In this document: in pieces, positions 36,885 to 51,559 of the stretch
Layout of the letters: each line of letters opens with the position of its first letter
Numbering within the stretch: position 1 is the stretch's first letter
Assembly (NCBI RefSeq): GCF_006345805.1
Contig: NC_043025.1
Location: 5,270,001-5,334,000 of the forward strand
Source of the DNA: Octopus sinensis
Lineage: Eukaryota
Direction: 5' to 3'
DNA: 64,000 nt
The notes under the pieces: model-generated
Seen by the model: only the letters and a program-made list of their open reading frames with translations
The model's database searches: none
Told to the model about the DNA's origin: nothing
Made by a program: the position numbers and the translations under genes

Positions 36885-37520
36885 CATGGTAGAGACAAAC
36901 CTCTATCACCACATGGTAGAAAGAACATTAGCACTGTCAAATGGTGGAGCAAGATTACTACATGGCAGAGAGAAATCAGCACCACTACATGGTCCTACAT
37001 TACTTTCATATAGTGGTGCAGATGTCACTCTACCACATGATAGGGGCTTATGTCACCCAAGTGACATCGACACCCGCCACATAGTAGAGTGACCCCAGTA
37101 GCCCACCACCATATAGCAGCATGACATCAGCGGCCCACACCATATGGTTATCTCATTCTACCATGTGGTGATGGTAACATGGCTCTACCACATGGTAAAA
37201 TGACGTCGGTAGCCACCACATGGTTATCTCACTCTACCATGTGGTGATGGTGACACCGCTCTACCACATGGTAGAATGACGGCAGCACCCACCACATGGT
37301 CATCTCACTCTACCATGTGGTGAAGGTGACATCGCTCTAGCACATGGTAAAATGACGTCGGCACCCACCACATGGTCATCTCACTCTACCATGTGGTGAT
37401 GGTGACACCGCTCTACCACATGGTAGAATGACGGCAGCACCCACCACATGGTCATCTCACTCTACCATGTTGTGGTGGTGACACCGCTCTACCACATGGT
37501 CGACCGACATCTGCACCACT
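36885..37520. repeat. 76-bp minisatellite with internal inverted ACCACATGGT/ACCATGTGGT motifs
   Basis: Unit starts at 37213, 37289, 37365 and 37441, with degenerate copies upstream. Confidence 0.9.
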
Positions 37521-37579
37521 TCACCAATCTCCACATGGCGGAACGACGACACAACTACGCTGTACTATCACCAATACCA

Positions 37580-38166
37580 TATCTATGCGAAGAAACACCA
37601 GCATCCTTGTACTAGCACCGCCACCATCGCACCCAAACCACCACCACCACCACCACCACCCAAGCACCGTTACTTCCCAACTAAGCATTTATTCACACCC
37701 AAGAATATCAAATTTCAGATCATCGTCCCCCACCCCCTCCACACACACACACACATTAAGTAATGTTATTTCATCCTCTCCTCCTCACCACCACCACCAC
37801 CTCCGCCGCCGCCGCCGCAACCATCATACCAGCAGTCAATAAACACCATTACCAATAAACTCCATCTTCACACCATCGTCACCACCATCATCATCATCAT
37901 CATCATCATCATCACCACCACCTCACGCACAATCCAATCACCCTCCACCATCCTAATATCAGCAGGCAAATCACACACACACACACACACACGAACATCA
38001 CCACCACCGTCATCATCACCAAACCACCACTACCACCACCGCCGCCACAATCCAATCACATATGTTCGCGCGCGCGCAACCACCACCGCCGCCACCATCA
38101 CCGACATCGCCAAACAACCAACACCATCGTCATCACCACCATCATCACCATCATCATCATCACCAA

Positions 38167-38197
<31 letters not shown>

Positions 38198-38960
38198 CCA
38201 TCACCATCATCATCACCATCACCACCATCACCACCATCACCACCATCATCATCATCACCAAACGACCACCACCACCACCATCCAATCACATGCATGTAGA
38301 ACCACCACCATCACTTCCGCCATCATCATCATCACCAAACCACCACCACCACCATCACCATCACCATCATTATCACCATCATCATCACCATCACCATCAT
38401 CACCACCATCATCATCACCAAACCACCACCACCACCATCACCATCACCATCATCATCACCACCATCATCACCAAACGACCACCACCACCACCATCACCAC
38501 CACCATCCAATCACATGCATGTAGAACCACCACCATCACTTCCGCCATCATCATCATCACCAAACAACCACCACCACCAATCATTACATCTGTAGTCAAT
38601 CACCATCACCACCATCATCATCATTACTGACTACTGCCACCGCAACCACTACCACTATACCAACAGGCAATCACACCACCACCACCACCACCACCGATAC
38701 ATCATCAGCAGCCAAGAACTGCCACCACCACCACCACCACCATCATCGTCATTGCCAATCACTCTCTATCACTGCTCCGCCGCCGCCGCCACCGCCGTCC
38801 CCATCACAGGAATACCAGCAGCCAATAACCCACCGCCGCCGCCGCCGTCTCCACCTGACTATCAAGCGACCCGCCACCCCCGCCCCCTACTACACCGCTA
38901 CCAACAATCACGCCACCACCACAACCACCTCCACCACCACCGCCGCCTTCACCATCACTA
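37580..38960. repeat. (CAC/CAT)n low-complexity tract with an internal ~225-bp duplication
   Basis: tccaatcacatgcatgtagaaccaccaccatcacttccgcc occurs at about 38281 and 38506. Confidence 0.85.
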
Positions 38961-39439
38961 TTCCTTCATGACTCACTCAGCTGAAATGTTAACTACACAC
39001 ACACACACACACGCACAGACATACACACGCACGCACACTTGCGCATACACACACACACACAGGGCCACAGAGGAAGAGACATATATCCATATTTGTTTAC
39101 ACAATCACATCCACTCCACAACCACCCCCGCCGCCTCACCTCTCGTTCACTTTCGCGCACATTCTCAATACTAAGACACGCATACACACACACACACACA
39201 CACACACAGACACACAATGCATTGACACATAAAAAGATAAAGGAAATCACACACACACGCATGTGGCCTACACACAGGAAAAGTTTCCTACAAAACGCGG
39301 ACACACAGACACACATAAAAATAACCACATACATCTATATATATAATCACATATGCACATGCTTCATACACGGACACACACAGCAAAACTTTTCTACACA
39401 CTTGTATAGACATGGATGTACAGCTTTAGAGAGGAAGTG

Positions 39440-39824
39440 TTACTCTTTTACTTGTTTCAGTCATTTGACTGCGGCCATGCTGGAGTACCGCCTTTAGTCG
39501 AGCTAATCGGCCTCGGAACTTATTCTTTTTGTAAGCCCAGTACTTATTCTATCGGTCTCTTTTGCCGAAACGCTAAGTGACGGGGACGTAAACACACCAG
39601 CATATATATATATATATATAACGGGAAGCTTTATGAAAATAAACAAAAGACGAAGGCAGGTTTACGAAAATAAACAAAAGACGAAGGCAGGTGGAATACA
39701 AACAAACAATTGTATTAGTATGGCGCTCAGGAATATAAATAAAACAAGTCTTTTACGTTTCGAGCCTACGCTCTTCAACAGAAAGATACACAGAAAAGAA
39801 ACCCGGAGAGAAACAAGGAGAGAA

Positions 39825-39880
<56 letters not shown>

Positions 39881-41231
39881 GTTAATCCAAACATGAAAAC
39901 ACAAAGAGAAAACACGCGAGGAAGTGGAACAATATATACAGTGGGCTTCTTTCAGTTTCTGTCTACCAAATCTGGGGATGTAAACACACCAACACTGGTT
40001 GTCAAGGGATGAGGGTGTACAAACATAGATACAAAGACATAGCTGTATACATACATACATACATATACGATGAGCTTCTTTCAGTCACAAGGCTTTGGGT
40101 GACCCAAGGCTACAGTAGAAGACACTTGCCCAAGGTGCCACACAGTGGGACTGAACCCAGAACCATGTGGTTGGTAAGCAACCTTCTTACCACACAGCCA
40201 TGCCCATACAAACACAATATATACACACATATATATTTGTAGAAAAACTTTTCTTTACCCAGGAAAAGTTTTCCCTATAGACAAGGGCATGCGTGGTTGA
40301 GCAGTTAAGAAGCTCATTCTGTAAGCAGATGGTTTCAGGTTCAATCCTACTGCACAGCACTTTGAGCAAACATCTTTTACAATAGCCCTGGGCCAACCAG
40401 ATCCTTGTGAGTGAATATGATCCATGGAAACTGTAACGTACCCCAATATGTGTGTGTGAGTGTTTGTGCTTGTTCCTATCGCCACTACCATCAGTGTTGG
40501 TTTATTTACATCCTTCTAACGTCGCAGTCCAGGAAGGGAGAACCAGAAGAATAAGGACCAGATGTTTGAAAAAGTTAAGCACAAGGGATCGATTTGTTTG
40601 ACTTAAACCCTTCGAGGTGTCACTCCAGCATGGCCACAGTCCAATGAATGAAACAAGTAAAAGTTAAAAGGCACACACATACACACAAATGGGAGCAGGT
40701 GTGGCTGTGTAGTTAGAAGCTTGTTTACCAACCACATGGTTTTGGGCTCAGTCCCACTGTGTGGCACCTTGGGCAAGTGTCTTCTACTATAGCCTCGGGC
40801 CGACCAAAGCCTTGAGTGGATTTGGTAGATGGAAACTGAAAGAAGCCCGGAATATGTGTGTGTATACTTGTTTCAGTCATTTGACTGCGGCCATGCTGGA
40901 GCACCGCCTTTAGTCGAGCAAATCGACCCCGGGACTTATTCTTTGTAAGCCCAGTACTTATTCTATCGGTCTCTTTTGTCAAACCACTAAGTGACGGGGA
41001 CGTAAACACACCAGCATCGGTTGTCAAGCAATGCCAGGGGGACAAACACATACATATATATATATATACGACAGGCTTCTTTCAGTTTCCGTCTACCAAA
41101 TCCACTCACAAGGCATTGGTCGGCCCGGGGCTATAGCAGAAGACACTTGCCCAAGATGCCACGCAGTGGGACTGAACCCGGAATCATGTGGTTGGTAAGC
41201 AAGCTACTTACCACACAGCCACTCCTGCGCC
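39440..41231. mobile_element. Cluster of about 5 full or partial SINE-A copies in both orientations
   Basis: - 39440-39600, - 39940-40205, + 40270-40670 (decayed), + 40693-40850, - 40867-41231. Confidence 0.8.
39749..39786 (-). ncRNA. Variant minimal hammerhead-like motif (core CTGTTGA)
   Basis: Reverse complement is TCTTT-CTGTTGA-A-GAGC-GTAG-GCTC-GAAA-CG-TA/AAAGA. Confidence 0.4.
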
Positions 41232-41780
41232 TATAATAACACCGCAATAATGGCAAAAACAAATTGTGACTAAAAACCTTCTCCACATCTAAATGCCAAA
41301 ACTATTTTAAGTAACAGACAACAACAACTGCAACATGACCATTCGTCTCCCCCCCACCAACCCCCTTTAAGCTGCGGCTGCACAAATCAGTAGTCGCATA
41401 ATTTGTCAACAATTATAATGACGATGACGATTATTATGATGATGATGATGATGATGATGATGATGGGGGAAGGCGTGGCCTAGTGGTGAGAAACTTCCTT
41501 CCGAACCACACTATTACAGGTTCCGGTCCCGCCAGGTGACACCTTGGGCAAGGGACTTCTAACGATATCCTCAAGCTGACTGAAGACTTTGTAAGTGAAT
41601 TTCACCAACATCATTATCACCATCATCATCATCATCATCTAATTAATGTCTGTTTCCCATGCTGGCATGGGTTGGACGGTTTGACCAGAGCAGGCAAGGA
41701 CAGGAGTCACACCAGTTTACACAGTCTGTTTTGGCTTTGCTACTACAGCTGGAGGCCAACTGCTTTACAGAGTATAATCG

Positions 41781-44700
41781 GTGCTTTTTACGTGACACCA
41801 GTACCAATTCTTTTTACATGGCACCAGCTCCAGTGCTTTTTATTGTGACACCATCACCAATTCTTTTTACGTGCACCAGCTCCAGTGCTTTTTATATGTG
41901 ACCCAGTACCAATTCTTTTTACGTGGCACCAGCTCCAGTGCTTTTTATGTGACACCAGTACAATTCTTTTGTCACCAGCACCAGCTCCAGTGCTTTTTAC
42001 ATGGCACCATCACCAATTCTTTTTACGTGGCACCAGCTCCAGTGCTTTTTATGTGACACCAGTACCAATTCTTTTTACGTGGCACCGGCTCCAGTGCTTT
42101 TTACATGGCACCATCACCAATTCTTTTTACGTGGCACCAGCTCCAGTGCTTTTTATGTGACACCAGTACCAATTCTTTTTACGTGGCACCAGCTCCAGTG
42201 CTTTTTATGTGACACCAGTACCAATTCTTTTTACATGGCACCAGCTCCAGTGCTTTTTATGTGACACCAGTACCAATTCTTTTTACATGGCACCAGCTCC
42301 AGTGCTTTTTATGTGACACCAGTACCAATTCTTTTTACATGGCACCAGCTCCAGTGCTTTTTATGTGACACCAGTACCAATTCTTTTTACATGGCACCAG
42401 CTCCAGTGCTTTTTATGTGACACCAGTACCAATTCTTTTTACGTGGCACCAGCTCCAGTGCTTTTTATGTGACACCAGTACCAATTCTTTTTACATGGCA
42501 CCAGCTCCAGTGCTTTTTATGTGACACCAGTACCAATTCTTTTTACATGGCACCAGCTCCAGTGCTTGCTTTATGTGACACCAGTACCAATTCTTTTTAC
42601 ATGGCCAGCTCCTCCAGTGCTTTTATGTGACACCAGTACCAATTCTTTTTACGTGGCCACCAGCTCCAGTGCTTTTTATGTGACACCAGTACCAATTCTT
42701 TTTACATGCACCAGCACCAGTGCTTTTTATGTGACACCAGTACCAATTCTTTTTACATGGCACCAGCTCCAGTGCTTTTATATGTGACACCAGTACCAAT
42801 TCTTTTTACATGGCACCAGCTCCAGTGCTTTTTATGTGACACCAGTACCAATTCTTTTTACATGGCACCAGCTCCAGTGCTTTTTATGTGACACCAGTAC
42901 CAATTCTTTTTACATGGCACCAGCTCCAGTGCTTTTATGTGACACCAGTACCAATTCTTTTTACGTGGCACCAGCTCCTCCAGTGCTTTTTATGTGACAC
43001 CAGTACCAATTCTTTTTACGTGGCACCAGCTCCAGTGCTTTTTATGTGACACCAGTACCAATTCTTTTTACGTGGCACCGGCTCCAGTGCTTTTTATGTG
43101 ACACCAGTACCAATTCTTTTTACATGGCACCAGCTCCAGTGCTTTTTACATGGCACCATCACCAATTCTTTTTACGTGGCACCAGCTCCAGTGCTTTTTA
43201 TGTGACACCAGTACCAATTCTTTTTACGTGGCACCGGCTCCAGTGCTTTTTACATGGCACCATCACCAATTCTTTTTACGTGGCACCAGCTCCAGTGCTT
43301 TTTATGTGACACCAGTACCATTCTTTTTACGTGGCACCAGCTCCAGTGCTTTTTATGTGACACCAGTACCAATTCTTTTTACATGGCACCAGCTCAGTGC
43401 TTTTTATGTGACACCAGTACCAATCTTTTTTACATGGCACCAGCTCCAGTGCTTTTTATGTGACACCAGTACCAATTCTTTTTACATGGCACCAGCTCCA
43501 GTGCTTTTTAGTGACACCAGTACCAATTCTTTTTACATGGCACCAGCTCCAGTGCTTTTTATGTGACACCAGTACCAATTCTTTTTACGTGGCACCAGCT
43601 CCAGTGCTTTTTATGTGACACCAGTACCATTCTTTTTACATGGCACCAGCTCCAGTGCTTTTTATGTGACACCAGTACCAATTCTTTTTACATGGCACCA
43701 GCTCCAGTGCTTTTTATGTGACACCAGTACCAATTCTTTTTACATGGCACCAGCTCCAGTGCTTTTTATGTGACACCAGTACCAATTCTTTTTACGTGGC
43801 ACCAGCTCCAGTGCTTTTATGTGACACCAGTACCAATTCTTTTTACATGGCACCAGCTCCAGTGCTTTTTATGTGACACCAGTACCAATTCTTTTTACAT
43901 GGCACCAGCTCCAGTGCTTTTTATGTGACACCAGTACCAATTCTTTTTACATGGCACCAGCTCCAGTGCTTTTTATGTGACACCAGTACCAATTCTTTTT
44001 ACGTGGCACCAGCTCCAGTGCTTTTTATGTGACACCAGTACCAATTCTTTTTACGTGGCACCAGCTCCAGTGCTTTTTATGTGACACCAGTACCAATTCT
44101 TTTTACATGGCACCAGCTCCAGTGCTTTTTATGTGACACCAGTACCAATTCTTTTTACGTGGCACCAGCTCCAGTGCTTTTTATGTGACACCAGTACCAA
44201 TTCTTTTACGTGGCACAGGCTCCAGTGCTTTTTATGTGACACCAGTACCAATTCTTTTTACGTGGCACCAGCTCCAGTGCTTTTTATGTGACACCAGTAC
44301 CAATTCTTTTTACGTGGCACCAGCTCCAGTGCTTTTTATGTGACACCAGTACCAATTCTTTTTACGTGGCACCAGCTCCAGTGCTTTTTATGTGACACCA
44401 GTACCAATTCTTTTTACGTGGCACCAGCTCCAGTGCTTTTTATGTGACACCAGTACCAATTCTTTTACGTGGCACCAGCTCCAGTGCTTTTTATGTGACA
44501 CCAGTACCAATTCTTTTACGTGGCACCGGCTCCAGTGCTTTTTATGTGACACCAGTACCAATTCTTTTTACGTGGCACAGGCTCCAGTGCTTTTTATGTG
44601 ACACCAGTACCAATTCTTTTTACGTGGCACCAGCTCCAGTGCTTTTATGTGACACCAGTACCAATTCTTTTTACATGGCACCAGCTCCAGTGCTTTTATG

Positions 44701-47700
44701 TGACACCAGTACCAATTCTTTTTACGTGGCACCAGCTCCAGTGCTTTTATGTGACACCAGTACCAATTCTTTTTACGTGGCACCAGCTCCAGTGCTTTTT
44801 ATGTGACACCAGTACCAATTCTTTTTACGTGGCACCAGCTCCAGTGCTTTTTATGTGACACCAGTACCAATTCTTTTTACGTGGCACCAGCTCCAGTGCT
44901 TTTTATGTGACACCAGTACCAATTCTTTTTACGTGGCACCAGCTCCAGTGCTTTTTATGTGACACCAGTACCAATTCTTTTTACGTGGCACCAGCTCCAG
45001 TGCTTTTTATGTGACACCAGTACCAATTCTTTTTACGTGGCACCAGCTCCAGTGCTTTTTATGTGACACCAGTACCAATTCTTTTTACGTGGCACCAGCT
45101 CCAGTGCTTTTTATGTGACACCAGTACCAATTCTTTTTACGTGGCACCAGCTCCAGTGCTTTTTATGTGACACCAGTACCAATTCTTTTTACATGGCACC
45201 AGCTCCAGTGCGTTTTATGTGACACCAGTACAATTCTTTTTACGTGGCACAGCTCCAGTGCTTTTTATGTGACAACAGTACCAATTCTTTTTACGTGGCA
45301 CCAGCTCCAGTGCTTTTTATGTGACACCAGTACCAATTCTTTTTACGTGGCACCAGCTCCAGTGCTTTTTATGTGACACCAGTACCAATTCTTTTTACGT
45401 GGCACCGGCTCCAGTGCTTTTTACATGGCACCATCACCAATTCTTTTTACGTGGCACCAGCTCCAGTGCTTTTTATGTGACACCTCACAATTCTTTTTAC
45501 GTGGCACCAGCTCCAGTGCTTTTTATGTGACACCAGTACTAATTCTTTTTTACGTGGCACCAGCTCCAGTGCTTTTTATGTGACACCAGTACCAATTCTT
45601 TTTACGTGGCACCAGCTCCAGTGCTTTTTATGTGACACCAGTACCAATTCTTTTTACGTGGCACCAGCTCCAGTGCTTTTATGTGACACCAGTACCAATT
45701 CTTTTTACGTGGCACCAGCTCCAGTGCTTTTTATTGACACCAGTACCAATTCTTTTACGTGGCACCAGCTCCAGTGCTTTTTACGTGGCACCAGTACCAA
45801 TTCTTTTACGTGGCACCAGCTCCAGTGCTTTTTACGTGGCACCAGCTCCAGTGCTTTTTACGTGGCACCAGTACCAATTCTTTTTACATGGCACCAGCTC
45901 CAGTGCTTTTTATGTGACACCAGTACCAATTCTTTTTACATGGCACCAGCTCCAGTGCTTTTTATGTGACACCAGTACCAATTCTTTTTACGTGGCACCA
46001 GCTCCAGTGCTTTTTATGTGACACCAGTACCAATTCTTTTTACGTGGCACCAGCTCCAGTGCTTTTTATGTGACACCAGTACCAATTCTTTTTACGTGGC
46101 ACAGCTCCAGTGCTTTTTACGTGGCACCAGTACCAATTCTTTTTACATGCACCAGCTCCAGTGCTTTTTATGTGACACCAGTACCAATTCTTTTACGTGG
46201 CACCAGCTCCAGTGCTTTTTACGTGGCACCAGTACCAATTCTTTTACGTGGCACCAGCTCCAGTGCTTTTTACGTGGCACCAGTACCAATTCTTTTACGT
46301 GGCACCAGCTCCAGTGCTTTTTATGTGACACCAGTACCATTCTTTTTACGTGGCACCAGCTCCAGTGCTTTTTATGTGACACCATCACCAATTCTTTTTA
46401 CATGGCACCAGCTCCAGTGCTTTTTATGTGACACCAGTACCAATTCTTTTTACGTGGCACCAGCTCCAGTGCTTTTTATGTGACACCAGTACCAATTCTT
46501 TTTACGTGGCACCAGCTCCAGTGCTTTTTATGTGACACCAGTACCAATCTTTTTTACGTGGCACCAGCTCCAGTGCTTTTTATGTGACACCAGTACCAAT
46601 CTTTTTACGTGGCACAGGCTCCAGTGCTTTTATGTGACACCAGTACCAATTCTTTTTACGTGGCACCAGCTCCAGTGCTTTTTATGTGACACCAGTACCA
46701 TTCTTTTTACATGCACCAGCTCCAGTGCTTTTTATGTGACACCAGTACCAATTCTTTTTACGTGGCACCAGCTCCAGTGCTTTTTATGTGACACCAGTAC
46801 CAATTCTTTTTACATGGCACCAGCTCCAGTGCTTTTTATGTGACACCAGTACCAATTCTTTTTACGTGGCACCAGCTCCAGTGCTTTTTATGTGACACCA
46901 GTACCAATTCTTTTTACGTGGCACCAGCTCCAGTGCTTTTTATGTGACACCAGTACCAATTCTTTTTACGTGGCACAGGCTCCAGTGCTTTTTATGTGAC
47001 ACCAGTACCAATTCTTTTTACGTGGCACCAGCTCCAGTGCTTTTTATGTGACACCAGTACCAATTCTTTTTACATGGCACCAGCTCCAGTGCTTTTTATG
47101 TGACACCAGTACCAATTCTTTTTACGTGGCACCAGCTCCAGTGCTTTTTATGTGACACCAGTACCAATTCTTTTTACATGGCACCAGCTCCAGTGCTTTT
47201 TATGTGACACCAGTACCAATTCTTTTTACGTGGCACCAGCTCCAGTGCTTTTTATGTGACACCAGTACCAATTCTTTTACGTGGCACCAGCTCCAGTGCT
47301 TTTTATGTGACACCAGTAAACAATCTTTTTACGTGGCACAGGCTCCAGTGCTTTTTATGTGACACCAGTACCAATTCTTTTTACGTGGCACCAGCTCCAG
47401 TGCTTTTTATGTGACACCATACCAATTCTTTTTACATGGCACCAGCTCCAGTGCTTTTTATGTGACACCAGTACCAATTCTTTTACGTGGCACCAGCTCC
47501 AGTGCTTTTTATGTGACACCAGTACCAATTCTTTTTCAATGGCACCAGCTCCAGTGCTTTTTATGTGACACAGTACCAATTCTTTTTACGTGGCACCAGC
47601 TCCAGTGCTTTTTATGTGACACCAGTACCAATTCTTTTTACATGGCACCAGCTCCAGTGCTTTTTATGTGACACCAGTACCAATTCTTTTTACGTGGCAC

Positions 47701-50700
47701 CAGCTCCAGTGCTTTTTATGTGACACCATACCAATTCTTTTTACGTGGCACCAGCTCCAGTGCTTTTTATGTGACACCAGTACCAATTCTTTTTACGTGG
47801 CACAGCTCCAGTGCTTTTATGTGACACCAGTACCAATTCTTTTTACGTGGCACCAGCTCCAGTGCTTTTTATGTGACCCAGTACCAATTCTTTTTACATG
47901 GCACCAGCTCCAGTTTTTTATGTGACACCAGTACCAATTCTTTTTACGTGGCACCAGCTCCAGTGCTTTTTATGTGACACCAGTACCAATTCTTTTTACG
48001 TGGCACCAGCTCCAGTGCTTTTTATGTGACACCAGTACCAATTCTTTTTACGTGGCACAGCTCCAGTGCTTTTTATGTGACACCAGTACCAATTCTTTTT
48101 ACGTGGCACCAGCTCCAGTGCTTTTTATGTGACACCAGTACCAATTCTTTTTACATGGCCCAGCTCCAGTGCTTTTTATGTGACACCAGTACCAATTCTT
48201 TTTCGTGGCACCAGCTCCAGTGCTTTTTATGTGACACCAGTACCAATTCTTTTTACATGGCACCAGCTCCAGTGCTTTTTATGTGACACCAGTACCAATT
48301 CTTTTTACGTGGCACCAGCTCCAGTGCTTTTTATGACACCAGTACCAATTCTTTTTACGTGGCACCAGCTCCAGTGCTTTTTATGTGACACCAGTACCAA
48401 TTCTTTTTACGTGGCACAGGCTCCAGTGCTTTTTATGTGACACCAGTACCAATTCTTTTTACGTGGCACCAGCTCCAGTGCTTTTTATGTGACACCAGTA
48501 CCAATTCTTTTTACATGGCACCAGCTCCAGTGCTTTTTATGTGACACCAGTACCAATTCTTTTTACGTGGCACCAGCTCCAGTGCTTTTTATGTGACACC
48601 AGTACCAATTCTTTTTACATGGCACCAGCTCCAGTGCTTTTTATGTGACACCAGTACCAATTCTTTTTACGTGGCACCAGCTCCAGTGCTTTTTATGTGA
48701 CACCAGTACCAATTCTTTTTACGTGGCACCAGCTCCAGTGCTTTTTATGTGACACCAGTACCAATTCTTTTTACGTGGCACAGGCTCCAGTGCTTTTTAT
48801 GTGACACCAGTACCAATTCTTTTTACGTGGCACCAGCTCCAGTGCTTTTATGTGACACAGTACCAATTCTTTTTACGTGGCACCAGCTCCAGTGCTTTTT
48901 ATGTGACACCAGTACCATTCTTTTTACGTGGCCAGCTCTCCAGTGCTTTTTATGTGACACCAGTACCAATTCTTTTTACATGGCACCAGCTCCAGTGCTT
49001 TTTATGTGACACCAGTACCAATTCTTTTTACGTGGCACCAGCTCCAGTGCTTTTTATGTGACACCAGTACCATTCTTTTTACGTGGCACCAGCTCCAGTG
49101 CTTTTTATGTGACACCAGTACCAATTCTTTTTACGTGGCACCAGCTCCAGTGCTTTTTATGTGACACCAGTACCAATTCTTTTTACGTGGCACCAGCTCC
49201 AGTGCTTTTTATGTGACACCAGTACCAATTCTTTTTACGTGGCACCAGCTCCAGTGCTTTTTATGTGACACCAGTACCAATTCTTTTTACGTGGCACCAG
49301 CTCCAGTGCTTTTTATGTGACCCAGTACCAATTCTTTTTACGTGGCACCGCACGGCTCCAGTGCTTTTTATGTGACACCAGTACCAATTCTTTTTACGTG
49401 GCACCAGCTCCAGTGCTTTTTATGTGACACCAGTACCAATTCTTTTTACGTGGCACCGGCTCCAGTGCTTTTTATGTGACACCAGTACCAATTCTTTTTA
49501 CGTGGCACCAGCTCCAGTGCTTTTTATGTGACACCAGTACCAATTCTTTTTACGTGGCACCGGCTCCAGTGCTTTTTATGTGACACCAGTACCAATTCTT
49601 TTACGTGGCACCAGCTCCAGTGCTTTTTATGTGACACCAGTACCAATTCTTTTTACGTGGCACCGGCTCCAGTGCTTTTTATGTGACACCAGTACCAATT
49701 CTTTTTACGTGGCACCAGCTCCAGTGCTTTTTATGTGACACCAGTACCAATTCTTTTTACGTGGCACCGGCTCCAGTGCTTTTTATGTGACACCAGTACC
49801 AATTCTTTTTACGTGGCACCAGCTCCAGTGCTTTTTATGTGACACCAGTACCAATTCTTTTTACGTGGCACCAGCTCCAGTGCTTTTTATGTGACACCAG
49901 TACCAATTCTTTTTACGTGGCACCAGCTCCAGTGCTTTTTATGTGACACCAGTACCAATTCTTTTTACGTGGCACAGGCTCCAGTGCTTTTTATGTGACA
50001 CACCAGTACCAATTCTTTTTACGTGGCACCACTCCAGTGCTTTTTATGTGACACCAGTACCAATTCTTTTTACGTGGCCCGGCTCCAGTGCTTTTTATGT
50101 GACACCAGTACCAATTCTTTTTACGTGGCACCAGCTCCAGTGCTTTTTATGTGACACCAGTACCAATTCTTTTTACGTCACCAGCTCCAGTGCTTTTTAT
50201 GTGACACCAGTACCAATTCTTTTTACGTGGCACCAGCTCCAGTGCTTTTTATGTGACACCAGTACCAATTCTTTTTACGTGGCACCAGCTCCAGTGCTTT
50301 TTATGTGACACCAGTACCAATTCTTTTTACGTGGCACCAGCTCCAGTGCTTTTTATGTGACACCAGTACCAATTCTTTTTACGTGGCACCAGCTCCAGTG
50401 CTTTTTATGTGACACCAGTACCAATTCTTTTTACGTGGCACCAGCTCCAGTGCTTTTTATGTGACACCAGTACCAATTCTTTTTACGTGGCACCAGCTCC
50501 AGTGCTTTTATGTGACACCAGTACCAATTCTTTTTACGTGGCACCGGCTCCAGTGCTTTTATGTGACACCAGTACCAATTCTTTTTACGTGGCACCAGCT
50601 CCATGCTTTTTATGTGACACCAGTACCAATTCTTTTACATGGCACCAGCTCCAGTGCTTTTTATGTGACACCAGTACCAATTCTTTTTACGTGGCACCAG

Positions 50701-50946
50701 CTCCAGTGCTTTTTATGTGACACCAGTACCAATTCTTTTTACGTGGCACAGGCTCCAGTGCTTTTATGTGACACCAGTACCAATTCTTTTTACGTGGCAC
50801 AGGCTCCAGTGCTTTTTATGTGACACCATCACCAATTCTTTTTACGTGGCACCAGCTCCAGTGCTTTTTATGTGACACCAGTACCAATTCTTTTTACGTG
50901 GCACCATCACCGGTGCTTCTTACGTGGCACCATCACCAGTGCTTTT
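41781..50946. repeat. 52-bp satellite, about 175 copies; dimer of two related 26-mers (GTGACACCAGTACCAATTCTTTTTAC / GTGGCACCAGCTCCAGTGCTTTTTAT)
   Basis: Tandem array read directly from the sequence; copy number is length divided by 52. Confidence 0.98.
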
Positions 50947-51559
50947 GGGGTGTTAGGGGTTGAAATGTGGATGGGTGGGCAGGGAAAATGGTTGACAGGG
51001 CAGAGATGGTTAGACTCATGATTGTAAGGCTGTGGTTTCGATCACTGGGCTGGGCGACGTGTTGTGTTCTTGAGCAAAACACTTCATTTCACATTGCTCC
51101 AGTCCACACAGCTGGCAACAGCGAGCATTCCTGCGAGAGACCGGTGTCCCATCCAGGGGTTAAATATATACACATCATGGAAACTGAGAGAGTGACCTTA
51201 TGAGGTCATAGGGCTCAAGAAGGTTGCTCAATCCTTACCCTGAGAAGTTACTATTACAATGTGACCAATGATGATGATGAAGATGCTGACAATGAAGATG
51301 ATGACAGCAGCGATGACGACGACGATGACGGACACTGTCGACAATGATGATGACGATGAAAATCGTAATAACAGATGCAGTTTGTTAAAAATCGACAACA
51401 GATCAAGCAGAGAGAAGTAAACCAAAACTGCCTGCGACATCCAACACCAACCGGTTGCTCGCCAATCCTTTCATGACATTGCCTTCGGAATACATCCTGC
51501 ACACCTCCTCACCCCCCACCTCCGTCCTTCTCCCCCCCCACTCCACACCACATCCGACC

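Noticed and set aside
38062-38595. 177-aa His/Thr/Pro-rich ORF
   Set aside because: It is a translation of CAC/CAT triplet repeats on the strand opposite cut, with no domain or splice support.
41781-50946. CRISPR-like appearance and many short ORFs (MTPVPILFTWHQLQC...)
   Set aside because: There are no unique spacers and no cas genes. The ORFs are translations of the satellite, broken by indels.
51228-51440. Strong minus-strand donor (CAGG|GTAAGG) with a 70-aa ORF
   Set aside because: The upstream sequence is (GAT)n low complexity with no convincing acceptor or homology.
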